The notes: generated by a model from the letters alone, not told the origin. 62,863 bases of DNA from Minisyncoccota bacterium (GCA_942491275.1 CALNZI010000008.1:1-62863); one strand, 5' to 3'; shown: positions 9,691-19,727, numbered from the stretch's first letter. Translations and numbers: made by a program.

Positions 9691-10939
9691 TATTTATATT
9701 AAACAAGCTATAAAAGGAATTAAATCGAATCCATCTCGAACATTTTTAACGACTCTTGGAATAATGATTGGTATTGGAACCGTTATTCTTGTTTTGGCTG
9801 CAGGAGAAGGTTTTAAGAGTTATATAAACGATCAAGTTGAAGCCTATGGATCTAACACTGTTTTTATTGAAGTTTCTGTTCCTCTTTCAACTAAACAACG
9901 CTCTAATTCTAATTCAGGCCAAACAGCCAACTCTACGGCAAGTAATGCAGTTACCATTACAACCTTAAAAACTAAAGATGTTGAGGATGTTAAAACTTTA
10001 CCTAATGTTGTTAACGCCTATGGTGCAGTTTATGGGCAAGAAGTTGCAACTTATAAGAATGTTTCAAAAAATGCTTTAATCCTTGGATCTGATGCTTCTC
10101 GTTTTGATATTGATAAAGGAGAGATTGAAATTGGGAGAGGTTATACTTATGAAGAAAATAGATCTCTTGCTCAAGTCGCTCTTCTTGGGAGTAAAATAGC
10201 AGAAGATCTTTTTGAAGATCAAAATCCTTTAGGAAAAAAAATTAGAGTAGGAGATTACAATTTTGAAGTTATTGGAGTTTATGCTAGTCGAGGGGGGTTT
10301 TCTTTTGATGATGACCAAGTTTTTATGCCCCTTACAACTCTTCAAAAGAAAATTTTGGGGATAGATTATTTAGGTTATGTTGTTGTTGAATTAGATGATA
10401 TAAGTAAGGCAGATGTTACTTCTCTTGATATGCAAGATATTATTCGTAGTAATCATTATATTACTGACCCTATTCGTGATGATTTTAAGATTACAACTCA
10501 AGAAGAAAGTTTGGCTATTTTTGATACTATTCTTCAAGCAATAACATTTTTATTGATTGCTATTGCTACAATATCTCTTATTGTTGGAGGTGTTGGTGTA
10601 ATGAACATAATGTATGTTGCGGTAACTGAGCGTATTGGAGAGATTGGCTTAAAAAAAGCTTTGGGTGCAACAAATAAAGATGTTCTCTTTGAATTTTTAT
10701 TTGAAGCGATTTTCCTGACCCTTCTTGGTGGAATTTTAGGTATTATTGGAGGTTCCTTAATTGCTTTTATTGTTTCTAAAGTAGCTCAAGGGTTTGGTCT
10801 AGCTTGGAAATTTGCTGTACCTATATGGGGGATAGTTCTTTCAGTTTCTGTTTCTATGGTAATTGGAATTATTTTTGGAGTATTTCCTGCTAGAAATGCT
10901 TCAAAACTTAACCCAATTGAGGCATTAAATAAGGAATAA
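9683..10939 (+). CDS. Second ABC transporter permease (MacB/FtsX family)
   Basis: RTFLTTLGIMIGI and GGVGVMNIMYVAVTERIGEIGLKKALGA; start moved to ATG 9683, overlapping the previous stop. Confidence 0.95.
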   Translation: MNNIYIKQAIKGIKSNPSRTFLTTLGIMIGIGTVILVLAAGEGFKSYINDQVEAYGSNTVFIEVSVPLSTKQRSNSNSGQTANSTASNAVTITTLKTKDVEDVKTLPNVVNAYGAVYGQEVATYKNVSKNALILGSDASRFDIDKGEIEIGRGYTYEENRSLAQVALLGSKIAEDLFEDQNPLGKKIRVGDYNFEVIGVYASRGGFSFDDDQVFMPLTTLQKKILGIDYLGYVVVELDDISKADVTSLDMQDIIRSNHYITDPIRDDFKITTQEESLAIFDTILQAITFLLIAIATISLIVGGVGVMNIMYVAVTERIGEIGLKKALGATNKDVLFEFLFEAIFLTLLGGILGIIGGSLIAFIVSKVAQGFGLAWKFAVPIWGIVLSVSVSMVIGIIFGVFPARNASKLNPIEALNKE

Positions 10940-10966
10940 AGAGCATTTTTAACTCTTTATTTTTTA

Positions 10967-10975
10967 TGCTATAAT
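10967..10975 (+). promoter_or_regulatory. Extended -10, 6 nt before the ATG (leaderless geometry)
   Basis: TGCTATAAT-CCCCCT-ATG. Confidence 0.65.
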
Positions 10976-10981
10976 CCCCCT

Positions 10982-11779
10982 ATGGAAACATTAACAAAAA
11001 ATAAAAATAGTGCTCTAGGTGCAGTTTCTTTATTATTACTAATTTTATCAGTTTTTTTTGTAGTTAAAATTATCAATGAGATTAAAATGAGCAAACACGT
11101 TGGTGTAGGCTCTCAGTATTCAAATGTTATCTATGTCAGCGGACATGGAGAAGTTAATGCTGTTTCAGACATTGCTTCACTTAGTATGAATCTTTCTAAA
11201 GAAGGGCTAACAGCTAAAGAGGCTCAAGATCTTCTTAATGAATCAGTTACCAGTGTTTTGTCTTATTTAAAAGAACAAAATATAGAAGATAAAGATATTA
11301 AATCTCAATACGGTGGTTTAACTCCCAAGTATTCCTATGACCAGATTGCTTGTTTTACTTACCCTTGCCCACGAAAAGAACCTAAGATTGTTGGATATAC
11401 AGCTACTCAATCAATTGTTGTAAAGATTAGAGAAGTTGATAGTGCCAATGAAATTAGAACTGGTTTAGCGGAGATTGATGTTACAGATATTAATGGTCCA
11501 ACTTTCTCAATTGATGATGAAGACGTTTACAAAGAAGAAGCTCGAGCTTTAGCTATAGAAGAAGCTAAAATGAAAGCTAAAGTTTTAGCAAAGAATCTTG
11601 GAGTTAGATTAGGAAAAATTACAAATTTTTCAGAAAATAATGATAGTCCTTTCCCTATGATGTATGGAGCTGGTGTCATGATGGAGTCTTCTCGAATGAA
11701 GGCAGATCTTGCACCTGAACTACCAAAAGGAGAAAATACAATCACTTCAAACGTAACAATCACATACGAGATTCGGTAA
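10982..11779 (+). CDS. SIMPL (DUF541/YggE-like) domain protein
   Basis: N-terminal TM; VSGHGEV...DI, AREAIEEA-like REEARALAIEEAKMKAKVLA, LGVRLG; ends VTITYEIR. Confidence 0.88.
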   Translation: METLTKNKNSALGAVSLLLLILSVFFVVKIINEIKMSKHVGVGSQYSNVIYVSGHGEVNAVSDIASLSMNLSKEGLTAKEAQDLLNESVTSVLSYLKEQNIEDKDIKSQYGGLTPKYSYDQIACFTYPCPRKEPKIVGYTATQSIVVKIREVDSANEIRTGLAEIDVTDINGPTFSIDDEDVYKEEARALAIEEAKMKAKVLAKNLGVRLGKITNFSENNDSPFPMMYGAGVMMESSRMKADLAPELPKGENTITSNVTITYEIR

Positions 11780-11789
11780 ACAAAGTAAG

Positions 11790-11904
11790 ATTAAAACCCA
11801 AATAGCTCTTCTCTTCAGGCACGAAAATTTTCTGCTGAAAATTTTCTCAGTGTTCGCTCCGTCGAGCTCACAAGCCCTTCAGATAAGACTATTTGGGTTT
11901 TAAT
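11790..11904 (+). repeat. Dispersed structured repeat, copy A
   Basis: Core AATTTTC-TGCT-GAAAATT ... GCTC-CGTC-GAGC within a 16-bp IR (ATTAAAACCCAAATAG / CTATTTGGGTTTTAAT). Confidence 0.92.
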
Positions 11905-11943
11905 TTATTATTAGAGGCATATTAATAGGGTGTTTTTTATAGA

Positions 11944-11973
11944 TTGACTTTCAAGAAGATATTATGGTATTAT
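11944..11973 (+). promoter_or_regulatory. Sigma70-type promoter of secE-nusG-rplK
   Basis: TTGACT at 11944, 18-nt spacer, TGG-TATTAT at 11965-11973. Confidence 0.55.
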
Positions 11974-12022
11974 CCTTCTATAAGCCCTTCGGGGTGGTTT
12001 TTAATAAGGAATAATAAATATT

Positions 12023-12208
12023 ATGGAAAAAATTACTCAATATATTAAAGAAGTTATTGCTGAATCTAAGAATGTAACTTGGCCAACTAAAAGTCAAACA
12101 ATTGCTTTTACCATTGCGGTGATGGTAGTTTCTTTGGCTGTAGCTTATTATTTAGGTTTGTTAGACTTCTTGTTTAAGCAAGGGTTAGATTCAATAATTA
12201 AACGTTAA
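12023..12208 (+). CDS. secE: Preprotein translocase subunit SecE
   Basis: EVIAESKNVTWPT plus one TM helix; precedes nusG. Confidence 0.95.
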   Translation: MEKITQYIKEVIAESKNVTWPTKSQTIAFTIAVMVVSLAVAYYLGLLDFLFKQGLDSIIKR

Positions 12209-12223
12209 TTTTAAAAAAATATT

Positions 12224-12775
12224 ATGGCAAAACAAGAACTAAAAGGAGAAAGAAATTGGTATGCAATTCACACCTATGCTGGCTATGAAAATGCTGTTTT
12301 ACGTAATTTAAAACAACGTATTGATTCATTGGCAATGAATGAAAATATTTTTGATGTGATAGTCCCAACTGAAAAGAAAATCAAAATTAAAGCAGGGAAG
12401 AGAGTTGAAGTTGAAGAAAAGATATACCCAGGTTATGTTTTAGTTGATATGATCGTTGATGATAACTCTTGGTATGTTGTTAGAAATACACCTCGGGTTA
12501 CTGGTTTCGTTGGCGCTGGGGTTAATCCTGTTCCTTTAAATAAAAAAGAAATTGATGATCTATTTAGTCGAATGAATAAAGATGATAAAAAGGATATTCA
12601 TCAGATTGATGTTGAAATGGATGAAATTGTTCTTATTGCTGATGGCCCATTTAAAGATTTAGAAGGGAAGGTTAATGATATAGATCAAGAAAGAGGTAAG
12701 GTTAAAGTTTTGGTTTCAATGTTTGGTCGTGAGACACCCGTTGAATTAGATTTTTTACAAGTAAAGAAATTATAA
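12224..12775 (+). CDS. nusG: Transcription termination/antitermination factor NusG
   Basis: WYAIHTYAGYE, YPGYVLV, VRNTPRVTGFVG and MFGRETPVELDF. Confidence 0.99.
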   Translation: MAKQELKGERNWYAIHTYAGYENAVLRNLKQRIDSLAMNENIFDVIVPTEKKIKIKAGKRVEVEEKIYPGYVLVDMIVDDNSWYVVRNTPRVTGFVGAGVNPVPLNKKEIDDLFSRMNKDDKKDIHQIDVEMDEIVLIADGPFKDLEGKVNDIDQERGKVKVLVSMFGRETPVELDFLQVKKL

Positions 12776-12841
12776 TTAATAAAGATTATTCCATGGTCGG
12801 ATTAACCGGCGCTTCTCATAGAATTAATCATAAATAATAAA

Positions 12842-13267
12842 ATGGCAGTAAAAAAAGCAACAAAAAAAGTAAAATTACAAATTCCCGCAGGGAAAGCAAC
12901 ACCAGCTCCACCGCTTGGACCAGCATTGGGTCAAGCCGGAATTAACATTGCAGAATTTTGTCAAAAGTTTAATGCAATGACACAAAAAATGGAAGGTGAG
13001 ACAGTAGGTGTTTTAATTTCAGTTTTTGAAGATCGTAGTTATGATATTAAGGTTAAAACTCCACCAGCCGCAGGCCTTATTCTAAAAGCTGTCGGAGTAG
13101 AGAAGGGTTCAGGTAAACCTAATACTTCAAAGGTTGGGAAGATAACAAAAGCTCAAGTTAAAGAAATAGCAGAAAAGAAAATGGTAGACTTGAATGCTAA
13201 GGATATAGAAGGAGCAATGAAAATTATCGAAGGAACAGCTCGCGCAGCTGGAATAACCGTAGAATAA
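12842..13267 (+). CDS. rplK: 50S ribosomal protein L11
   Basis: [17 protein letters not shown] and [13 protein letters not shown]. Confidence 0.99.
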   Translation: MAVKKATKKVKLQIPAGKATPAPPLGPALGQAGINIAEFCQKFNAMTQKMEGETVGVLISVFEDRSYDIKVKTPPAAGLILKAVGVEKGSGKPNTSKVGKITKAQVKEIAEKKMVDLNAKDIEGAMKIIEGTARAAGITVE

Positions 13268-13273
13268 TAAAAT

Positions 13274-13303
13274 AAAAAACCCTCACAATTGTGAGGGTTT
13301 TTT
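13274..13303 (+). terminator. Intrinsic terminator directly after rplK
   Basis: AAAAAACCCTCAC-AATT-GTGAGGGTTTTTT. Confidence 0.85.
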
Positions 13304-13366
13304 ATTTGTTTGACGCCTTTAAATATTTGTGGTAATGTTAAAATAAATCTAAAAAAGGAGGTAAAT

Positions 13367-14059
13367 GTGAAAAATACAATTATGGGGTATATGTTTGATG
13401 CATGGCTCAAAGTTCAAGTCTTATTACCTAAGGTAGAGAGATGGAGTAAGTATCGGATAAGAAATCCCAAATTAAGAAAACAGACAGTTTTGCATCATCA
13501 ATATTCAGTCTGTTTAGCCATCATTCCTGTTCTATTTAAATTAAAGGAATTTAATTTGTCTTTGGATACCGAACTATTAAAAGATGCTTTTATGTTGCAT
13601 GATATTCCAGAAGGGCTTTTGAAACTCAGATATGATGTCTTGTCTGATGAAAAGGAAAATTATCATGATTTGGCAGAGTATGTAGCTTTTAGAAAATGTT
13701 TTGAAGAAGTAGACCCTTTAGTTTACGAACATTTAGAAAGGTCTTTTTTACTTCAGTTTGCAAACAAAACACAAGAGGAAATTAATTTTTTCCCACCTAG
13801 AGCAGTCAGGGTTATTAGTGTATTAAAGAAAAATAATCCTATCGAGGTAGCTTTGTTTCCAGCTCTTGAAAGTTGGGAGTACCTCTTTTATGCCTATGAG
13901 GGGTATAAAGATAAAAATGACTTTGTTATTTTTAAGGAAGTTTTAAATAAACAGCTTCCGTCTTTAAGATTATACTGTAATCAAATTAATGGTTTTAGAG
14001 AGGTTGTTTTTCCTGAAGTATTAGAGAAAGAGTTAATCTCAATTTCTAAACAAAATTAA
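13367..14059 (+). CDS. HD-domain phosphohydrolase-like protein (YfbR/5'-deoxynucleotidase-like)
   Basis: H...HD..E pattern (HHQYSV; MLHDIPEG). GTG start at 13367 follows an AAGGAGG SD. Own promoter: TTGACG 13310, 17 nt, TAATGT. Confidence 0.6.
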   Translation: MKNTIMGYMFDAWLKVQVLLPKVERWSKYRIRNPKLRKQTVLHHQYSVCLAIIPVLFKLKEFNLSLDTELLKDAFMLHDIPEGLLKLRYDVLSDEKENYHDLAEYVAFRKCFEEVDPLVYEHLERSFLLQFANKTQEEINFFPPRAVRVISVLKKNNPIEVALFPALESWEYLFYAYEGYKDKNDFVIFKEVLNKQLPSLRLYCNQINGFREVVFPEVLEKELISISKQN

Positions 14060-14089
14060 AAAAGCCCCCATAATTGGGGGTATTTTTTT
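14059..14089. terminator. Bidirectional terminator between the HD gene and efp
   Basis: AAAAAGCCCCC-ATAATT-GGGGGTATTTTTT. Confidence 0.75.
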
Positions 14090-14660
14090 ATTTTACTCTT
14101 TCAACATATTCTCCTGTTTCAGTATTTACTCGAATTTTATCTCCAACATTTAAAAAGAAGGGAGCTGAGATTTTTATTCCATTCTCGAGGGTTACAACTT
14201 TTCCACCACCACTAGCAGTATTGCCCTTTATGGATGGGGGAGCTTCTTTAATAGTAAATTCCATCTTAATTGGGAGTTTTATATTAATTATTTTATCTTC
14301 ATCATCCCAAACAAGGGCTTCTACTATTTCATCAGATTTGAGAAATTTTGTTGTTTCTTTCCCAATAACATCTTCTGTTAATTGGAATCTATCAGATGGG
14401 TCTTTGGCATCACAGAACCAATATTCTCCCTTATTGGTGTACAGAAATTTTACATCTTTTTTACTGACATTAGCTTCTGCCACTTTGTCTGAAGCATGAA
14501 AAGTAGCGTTCCAAGTTCGCCCAGAGAGTAGACTTTTCAATTTTACTTGATTTTGAGGTTTCCTTTGTTGGGTTCGAGCCACATGATTGTCTAGAACTTC
14601 ACTAGGCTCATTTTGATAAATTATTATTTTTCCTTTTCTAATGTCGCTATATTCTAACAT
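14088..14660 (-). CDS. efp: Elongation factor P
   Basis: IRKGKII, PPSIKGNTASGGGK (EF-P loop) and GDKIRVNTETGEYVERV; start reassigned to ATG 14660. Confidence 0.96.
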   Translation of the reverse strand: MLEYSDIRKGKIIIYQNEPSEVLDNHVARTQQRKPQNQVKLKSLLSGRTWNATFHASDKVAEANVSKKDVKFLYTNKGEYWFCDAKDPSDRFQLTEDVIGKETTKFLKSDEIVEALVWDDEDKIINIKLPIKMEFTIKEAPPSIKGNTASGGGKVVTLENGIKISAPFFLNVGDKIRVNTETGEYVERVK

Positions 14661-14664
14661 GATT

Positions 14665-15708
14665 TTATTCAGGGTTATTTGTTTGTAATTCTCCAAATCG
14701 GTTTTTTATTTCCTTTAGAAAACCGTCGGCAACTTTTTTATTTTCTTTCAACCAGAGACGAGTAGCATCGTAACCTCTTCCCATAGAAACTTTGTTTCCA
14801 TCTTTATCTTTATATGAATAGGAAGCCCCTGATTTTTCCAGAATTTCAAGTTTCTCTCCTAGAGCGATGATTTCTCCTTCTCGAGAGATACCTTTTCCAT
14901 AGAGAATATCAAATTCAGTTTGTTTGAACGGGCTAGCTACTTTATTCTTTACAACTTTAACTCTAGTTCGGCTTCCGACAATTTCATCACCTTTTTTAAT
15001 TTGAGCAATTCGACGGATATCAAGCCTGACTGATGTGTAAAATTTAAGAGCTTTTCCTCCGGGAGTTGTTTCTGGATTACCAAACATAACACCTATCTGC
15101 ATTCTAATTTGGTTAATAAAGATAACAACAGTCTTTGAATTAGCAACGATGGCAGTCAATTTTCGAAGAGCCTGTGACATTAAACGAGCTTGTTTTCCCA
15201 TATGGGATTGACCCATATCTCCTTCAATTTCATCTCTAGGAGTTAGAGCTGCCACTGAATCAACTACTACTACATCGATTTTTCCAGAGCGAATTAAGCT
15301 TTCGGTAATTTCAAGAGCTTGTTCTCCATTGTCCGGCTGAGAGATTAATAGATCTTTGGTCTTTACTCCTAACTTTCCAGCATATACCGGATCCATTGCA
15401 TGCTCTGCATCAATGAAAGCACATATGCCACCCTTCTTTTGAGCTTCAGCAATGATGTGTAGGGCGAGAGTAGTCTTACCGGAGGATTCTGGTCCAAATA
15501 TCTCAAGAATGCGCCCTCGAGGGACACCACCTATTCCTAGAGCCATATCAAGCCCTAGAGATCCCGTTGGAATAACATCCACGTTTACTTTAGGAGTATC
15601 TCCCATTTTCATAATTGAACCTTCGCCGAATTTTGTTTGGATAGCTTTTATTGTATCTTCAATTTCTCCACCCACTGTTTTTAAGTCTTTCTTTGCTTTT
15701 TTTTGCAT
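14665..15708 (-). CDS. recA: Recombinase RecA
   Basis: [19 protein letters not shown] and [15 protein letters not shown]. Confidence 0.99.
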   Translation of the reverse strand: MQKKAKKDLKTVGGEIEDTIKAIQTKFGEGSIMKMGDTPKVNVDVIPTGSLGLDMALGIGGVPRGRILEIFGPESSGKTTLALHIIAEAQKKGGICAFIDAEHAMDPVYAGKLGVKTKDLLISQPDNGEQALEITESLIRSGKIDVVVVDSVAALTPRDEIEGDMGQSHMGKQARLMSQALRKLTAIVANSKTVVIFINQIRMQIGVMFGNPETTPGGKALKFYTSVRLDIRRIAQIKKGDEIVGSRTRVKVVKNKVASPFKQTEFDILYGKGISREGEIIALGEKLEILEKSGASYSYKDKDGNKVSMGRGYDATRLWLKENKKVADGFLKEIKNRFGELQTNNPE

Positions 15709-15723
15709 AATATAAAAATTATA

Positions 15724-15840
15724 AAAATAAATTAAAACAACTCTTCTCTTCGGGTATAAAAATTTTCTGCTGAAAATTTTCTCAGTATTCGCTCCGTCGA
15801 GCTCATAAGCCCCTCAGATAAGATTATTTTAATTTATTTT
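15724..15840 (+). repeat. Dispersed structured repeat, copy B
   Basis: Same core as copy A; flanking 17-bp IR AAAATAAATTAAAACAA / TTATTTTAATTTATTTT (one mismatch). Confidence 0.92.
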
Positions 15841-15860
15841 GAATATTTAATAAAAATAAG

Positions 15861-16256
15861 TTATTTTATAATTTCTCTTCCAAGTGCAATCGCCTCTGCA
15901 CTTTCATTTGATATGATAGTAAATTTCTTTTCTGCTGATTTTCCAAATTTGTCGCTGGCATGTAATGAAATAATAGAAAGTCCTGGTAATAGTCCAACTG
16001 TTTCTGAAAAATTACCTTGCTTGTCAATAAATATTTCACGTCCATTTAAACTTAGATGTATAGAATTTTTGGCATTGCCAAATACTTGGACAAGGGAAGA
16101 GGATTTATTCTGAGTTAGGCTTGCTTCTATTCGTACTCCTTTCATAACAAAATCCATTTTTATATAACCAAAAACACCGATAATTAAAATTAATAAAACA
16201 CAAGAAGAGAATCCTAGCCACCATTTTATTCCTTTGTTTTTAATATTCCTTATCAT
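15861..16256 (-). CDS. Hypothetical membrane-anchored protein, probable Ig-like fold
   Basis: One TM helix then a beta-rich domain (LSLNGREIFIDKQGNFSETVGLLPG). Confidence 0.7.
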   Translation of the reverse strand: MIRNIKNKGIKWWLGFSSCVLLILIIGVFGYIKMDFVMKGVRIEASLTQNKSSSLVQVFGNAKNSIHLSLNGREIFIDKQGNFSETVGLLPGLSIISLHASDKFGKSAEKKFTIISNESAEAIALGREIIK

Positions 16257-16290
16257 CTCATTTTTCCCTTACTACTTACTACTAATATAA

Positions 16291-18462
16291 TTATAACTCT
16301 TCCTCCTCAGTATTGTCCATCGGTTTTTCAAGGACATCTCGAGGTTTAGACCCATTAGCTTCACTGACGATTCCTCTTTCTTCCAGCATATCCATCAATT
16401 TAGCAGCACGGGCATAACCAATTCCCAATTTGCGTTGAAGGAAAGAGGTTGAAGCTTTCCCTGTTTCAATAACTGTCATGCGAGCATCTTCGTATAGGTC
16501 GTCGTCATTATTGTCTACATCGTCGTGGAATAGGCTACTTCCTTTTTCTATTGAACCCGTTAGTTCAATTGTTTCTGGAATTTCATCTATGTAAACTTTC
16601 TTAAGATGAGCAGTGACTTTCTTAACTTCGTCTTCTGAAATGAAGGCACTTTGGAGACGTTCTGGCTGGGACATTTCTCCACTGGCAAATAACATATCAC
16701 CGGCACCCAGAAGTTTTTCAGCTCCACCTTGATCCAAAATTGTTCGAGAGTCTATTTGAGAAGAGACCTGAAGGGCAATACGAGCTGGTACATTGGCTTT
16801 AATTAGTCCAGTAATAACATTAACACTTGGACGTTGAGTTGAAAGGATTAGATGAATACCAACGGCTCTGGACATTTGAGCAAGTCGGATAATAGAACTT
16901 TCTAGCTCTCTTGGATAGGTCTGCATGATGTCAGCTAATTCATCAATAACGATAACGATATAGGGCATTCTATCTGCTTGTTCTTCTCTGTCTTCATTAT
17001 TTTTACCATTCTTATAAATATTATTATGATATGACTCAATATCTCTAACTGATTCAGCTTCCAGTACGTCATATCTTCGATCCATCTCTTTAGCAGCCCA
17101 TTTTAGAGCTAGAATCGTTTTCTTTGCGTCAGTAATAACAGGAGTTAGAAGATGGGGAATTTTGTTATATAAAGGAAGCTCAACACGCTTTGGGTCAACT
17201 AGAATCATCTTCATATCATCTGGTCCATTTCTATACAATAGGGAAGTAATCATGGAGTGGATGGTTACTGATTTACCAGAACCCGTTGCTCCAGCTACCA
17301 GAAGATGAGGCATTTTAGCTAGATTGCCGAAGATAGCTTTGCCGGATAATCCTCTTCCCAAAGCCACCGTAAGTGGATTTGGTGCGTTCTGAAATTTGCT
17401 ATCAGAAAGCAATGTAGCTAAACCAACCGTTGATTTTACTTTGTTTGGGATTTCAATTCCCACTAGACTTTTTCCAGGAATTGGAGCCTCGATACGAATT
17501 GGATGAGCAGCTAATGCTAGAGCTAAATCATTTTGTAATCCAACAATTCTAGAAAGCTTAACTCCTTGAGCTGGCTTCAAAGCGTAACGAGTAATGGTTG
17601 GTCCGATTGTTACTTCATCCATTTCAACAGAAATTCCAAAGTTTAGAAGTGTCCTCTGGATGATATTCATATTTCCCTTTAGGTCTCCAACATTTGGTTT
17701 ACCCTTATCTTTTTCCAGTAGTGAAAGTGGGGGAGCGGCATAGTCTGTGTGAACTTTCTTTTTTCGTGAGAAAATGGAAGTTTTTTCTTCCACATCTCCT
17801 TCTTCGTAATCATCAGGAGACACCCCTTTTATTTCTTCATCTTCGCCTTCCTCTTCTTCTTCGTATTCTTCATCTTCCTCTTCACTTACTTCTTCTTCAT
17901 ATTCAACCTCATCTTTATTTCTTGAGAAGGGGAGGGAGAAGTCTCTCTTAAGAAAAGCTAAAACTTTTTGCCAGAAGGCTCCAAGATTTGGGCTTTGGTC
18001 GAATAAAATAATTAAAGAAATTATTAGAATTGTTCCTAGTAAAAGAATACTAGCGTAAACTCCAAAAAGTTTTATAAAAGGTAGGGCTACTAAACTTCCT
18101 AGGTATCCTCCCCAAACTATATTGATTGAGTGACCTGCTCCATTGACTGCAATGTCGGCTATTCCAAGTGCCGAGAGTAAAGAAATAAAACCAGTGATGC
18201 TGTGTCTACGAGCAACCTTGACTTCTCCACGACGAACAAAGGCGACTCCGGCAGCTCCAAGAACAATGGGTAGTAAATAATATCCAAAACCAAATAGTCC
18301 GCTTAGAATTGAAAAAATAAAATCACCAGCAACTCCGGCGGATTTAAATATTGTAAGTAATATAAAAAGACCTAGGACAAGAAATCCGAAGCCCCAGATA
18401 CTTTTTTTTGTTTCGTCTTTTAATGGTGTTCTTGTTGAGTTGTTCTTTTTTCTTTTTGCCAT
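16291..18462 (-). CDS. ftsK: DNA translocase FtsK/SpoIIIE
   Basis: N-terminal TM region, PHLLVAGATGSGKS, DPKRVEL, IDELAD, STQRPSV and gamma domain LQRKLGIGYARAA. Confidence 0.97.
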   Translation of the reverse strand: MAKRKKNNSTRTPLKDETKKSIWGFGFLVLGLFILLTIFKSAGVAGDFIFSILSGLFGFGYYLLPIVLGAAGVAFVRRGEVKVARRHSITGFISLLSALGIADIAVNGAGHSINIVWGGYLGSLVALPFIKLFGVYASILLLGTILIISLIILFDQSPNLGAFWQKVLAFLKRDFSLPFSRNKDEVEYEEEVSEEEDEEYEEEEEGEDEEIKGVSPDDYEEGDVEEKTSIFSRKKKVHTDYAAPPLSLLEKDKGKPNVGDLKGNMNIIQRTLLNFGISVEMDEVTIGPTITRYALKPAQGVKLSRIVGLQNDLALALAAHPIRIEAPIPGKSLVGIEIPNKVKSTVGLATLLSDSKFQNAPNPLTVALGRGLSGKAIFGNLAKMPHLLVAGATGSGKSVTIHSMITSLLYRNGPDDMKMILVDPKRVELPLYNKIPHLLTPVITDAKKTILALKWAAKEMDRRYDVLEAESVRDIESYHNNIYKNGKNNEDREEQADRMPYIVIVIDELADIMQTYPRELESSIIRLAQMSRAVGIHLILSTQRPSVNVITGLIKANVPARIALQVSSQIDSRTILDQGGAEKLLGAGDMLFASGEMSQPERLQSAFISEDEVKKVTAHLKKVYIDEIPETIELTGSIEKGSSLFHDDVDNNDDDLYEDARMTVIETGKASTSFLQRKLGIGYARAAKLMDMLEERGIVSEANGSKPRDVLEKPMDNTEEEEL

Positions 18463-18671
18463 AAATTTTCTTACTCGCCATTCTTTTTTATTTCATCCCG
18501 TTAGAAGTAGACCTCTACCCATAGTAAAAAATAAATGAATTACATGATTAAAATTAAATAAATATAAATCAAATTAAAACCCGTTTTTCGTTGTGGTCGT
18601 AGCTTCTTACGGGACTATAATTATGACCATTATATCATATTTTTTGAAAAAATATTTTTTTGAAAAACTAG

Positions 18672-18789
18672 AAAAAAATAGACAAGACATACTCGGATTC
18701 ACCACGAATATTTTCCTGCTGGAAAATTTCTCTACTCGGCCCGTCGGCCTCCGTAAGGGTTCTCTCGAGCATATCTTGTCTATTTTTTT
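18672..18789 (+). repeat. Dispersed structured repeat, copy C (divergent)
   Basis: ATTTTCC-TGCT-GGAAAAT and GGCC-CGTC-GGCC; perfect 16-bp flanking IR AAAAAAATAGACAAGA / TCTTGTCTATTTTTTT. Confidence 0.85.
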
Positions 18790-18897
18790 TGATAAGATAA
18801 GATTATTTTAATTTCCACTTGCTACTTCTTATTGGAGTATGTATAATGGACAAATCAGAGACATCTATTTTTTATTAAAGACTAACAAAAAAGACAT

Positions 18898-19722
18898 ATG
18901 AATAACCAAAAAGACATACAAAAGACAGGGTTGAGTTCATACGGACAAAGTAATTTTGCGGGTACTAATGCATTGGTAAATAAACCTATTTACGAGTTTG
19001 CCAACAAAAAGACAGGGAAGCTAGTTACCGCCCTTTATATGGTCACAGATTGCATGGAAGTAAACGACGCTCTCCGTGAAAAACTACGTCTTTTAGGAGT
19101 TGAACTTTTGTCCGATATATACAAATTATCCACACTATTACCCATGGAAAATAGTACTCAAGTTGAGCTATCTCTAATTCGAATAAATGAGCTAATTTCC
19201 TTTATTGAAATTGCCGAGACTATAGGATATATATCTGAAATGAATACTAGTATTTTGAAGAGAGAATTTAATATATTGAGTGAAGAAATTAAAGCACATC
19301 AAACTAAGGATAATCATTTTCCATTTACACTGGATGATGAAATGTTCAAAACTCCAATAGAAAATAAAAGACAAGAAAATCTGTCTTTAAACAAGAACAA
19401 TAATAAAAGGACACCTTCTTTATTGTCTTTTACAAATAAAAGGACAGAAGGGAACAATGTCTCTAATAAAAAGGTTACTTCTATTGATTATAAAAAAATC
19501 AAATCTGACAGGGCAGAAAAGATTATTACTACTATAAAGGACAAACAAAAACTCCCAGGAGGGGAGAATGGAGCATCTATAAAAGACATTGCTTCTGTCG
19601 TTATTGATTGTTCAGAAAAGACCATTCAACGAGAACTAAACGATTTAATAGAAAAAGGCCAAGTTAAAAAAACAGGGGCAAAACGTTGGTCTAGATACCT
19701 ATTAATTGATACTAATATATAG
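18898..19722 (+). CDS. Hypothetical protein: N-terminal helical bundle, low-complexity linker, C-terminal winged HTH (DeoR-like)
   Basis: C-terminal SIKDIASVVIDCSEKTIQRELNDLIEKGQVKKTG..RWSRY is a wHTH pattern. Confidence 0.75.
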   Translation: MNNQKDIQKTGLSSYGQSNFAGTNALVNKPIYEFANKKTGKLVTALYMVTDCMEVNDALREKLRLLGVELLSDIYKLSTLLPMENSTQVELSLIRINELISFIEIAETIGYISEMNTSILKREFNILSEEIKAHQTKDNHFPFTLDDEMFKTPIENKRQENLSLNKNNNKRTPSLLSFTNKRTEGNNVSNKKVTSIDYKKIKSDRAEKIITTIKDKQKLPGGENGASIKDIASVVIDCSEKTIQRELNDLIEKGQVKKTGAKRWSRYLLIDTNI

Positions 19723-19727
19723 GGCAG

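Noticed and set aside
11975-12022. tRNA (e.g. Trp) upstream of secE
   Set aside because: Only a short hairpin (GCCC-TTC-GGGGT); no cloverleaf or T-loop.
18495-18508. ATCCCGTTAGAAGT, reminiscent of a palindromic repeat arm recalled from Parcubacteria
   Set aside because: No complementary arm or second copy in this window; cannot be supported from the sequence.
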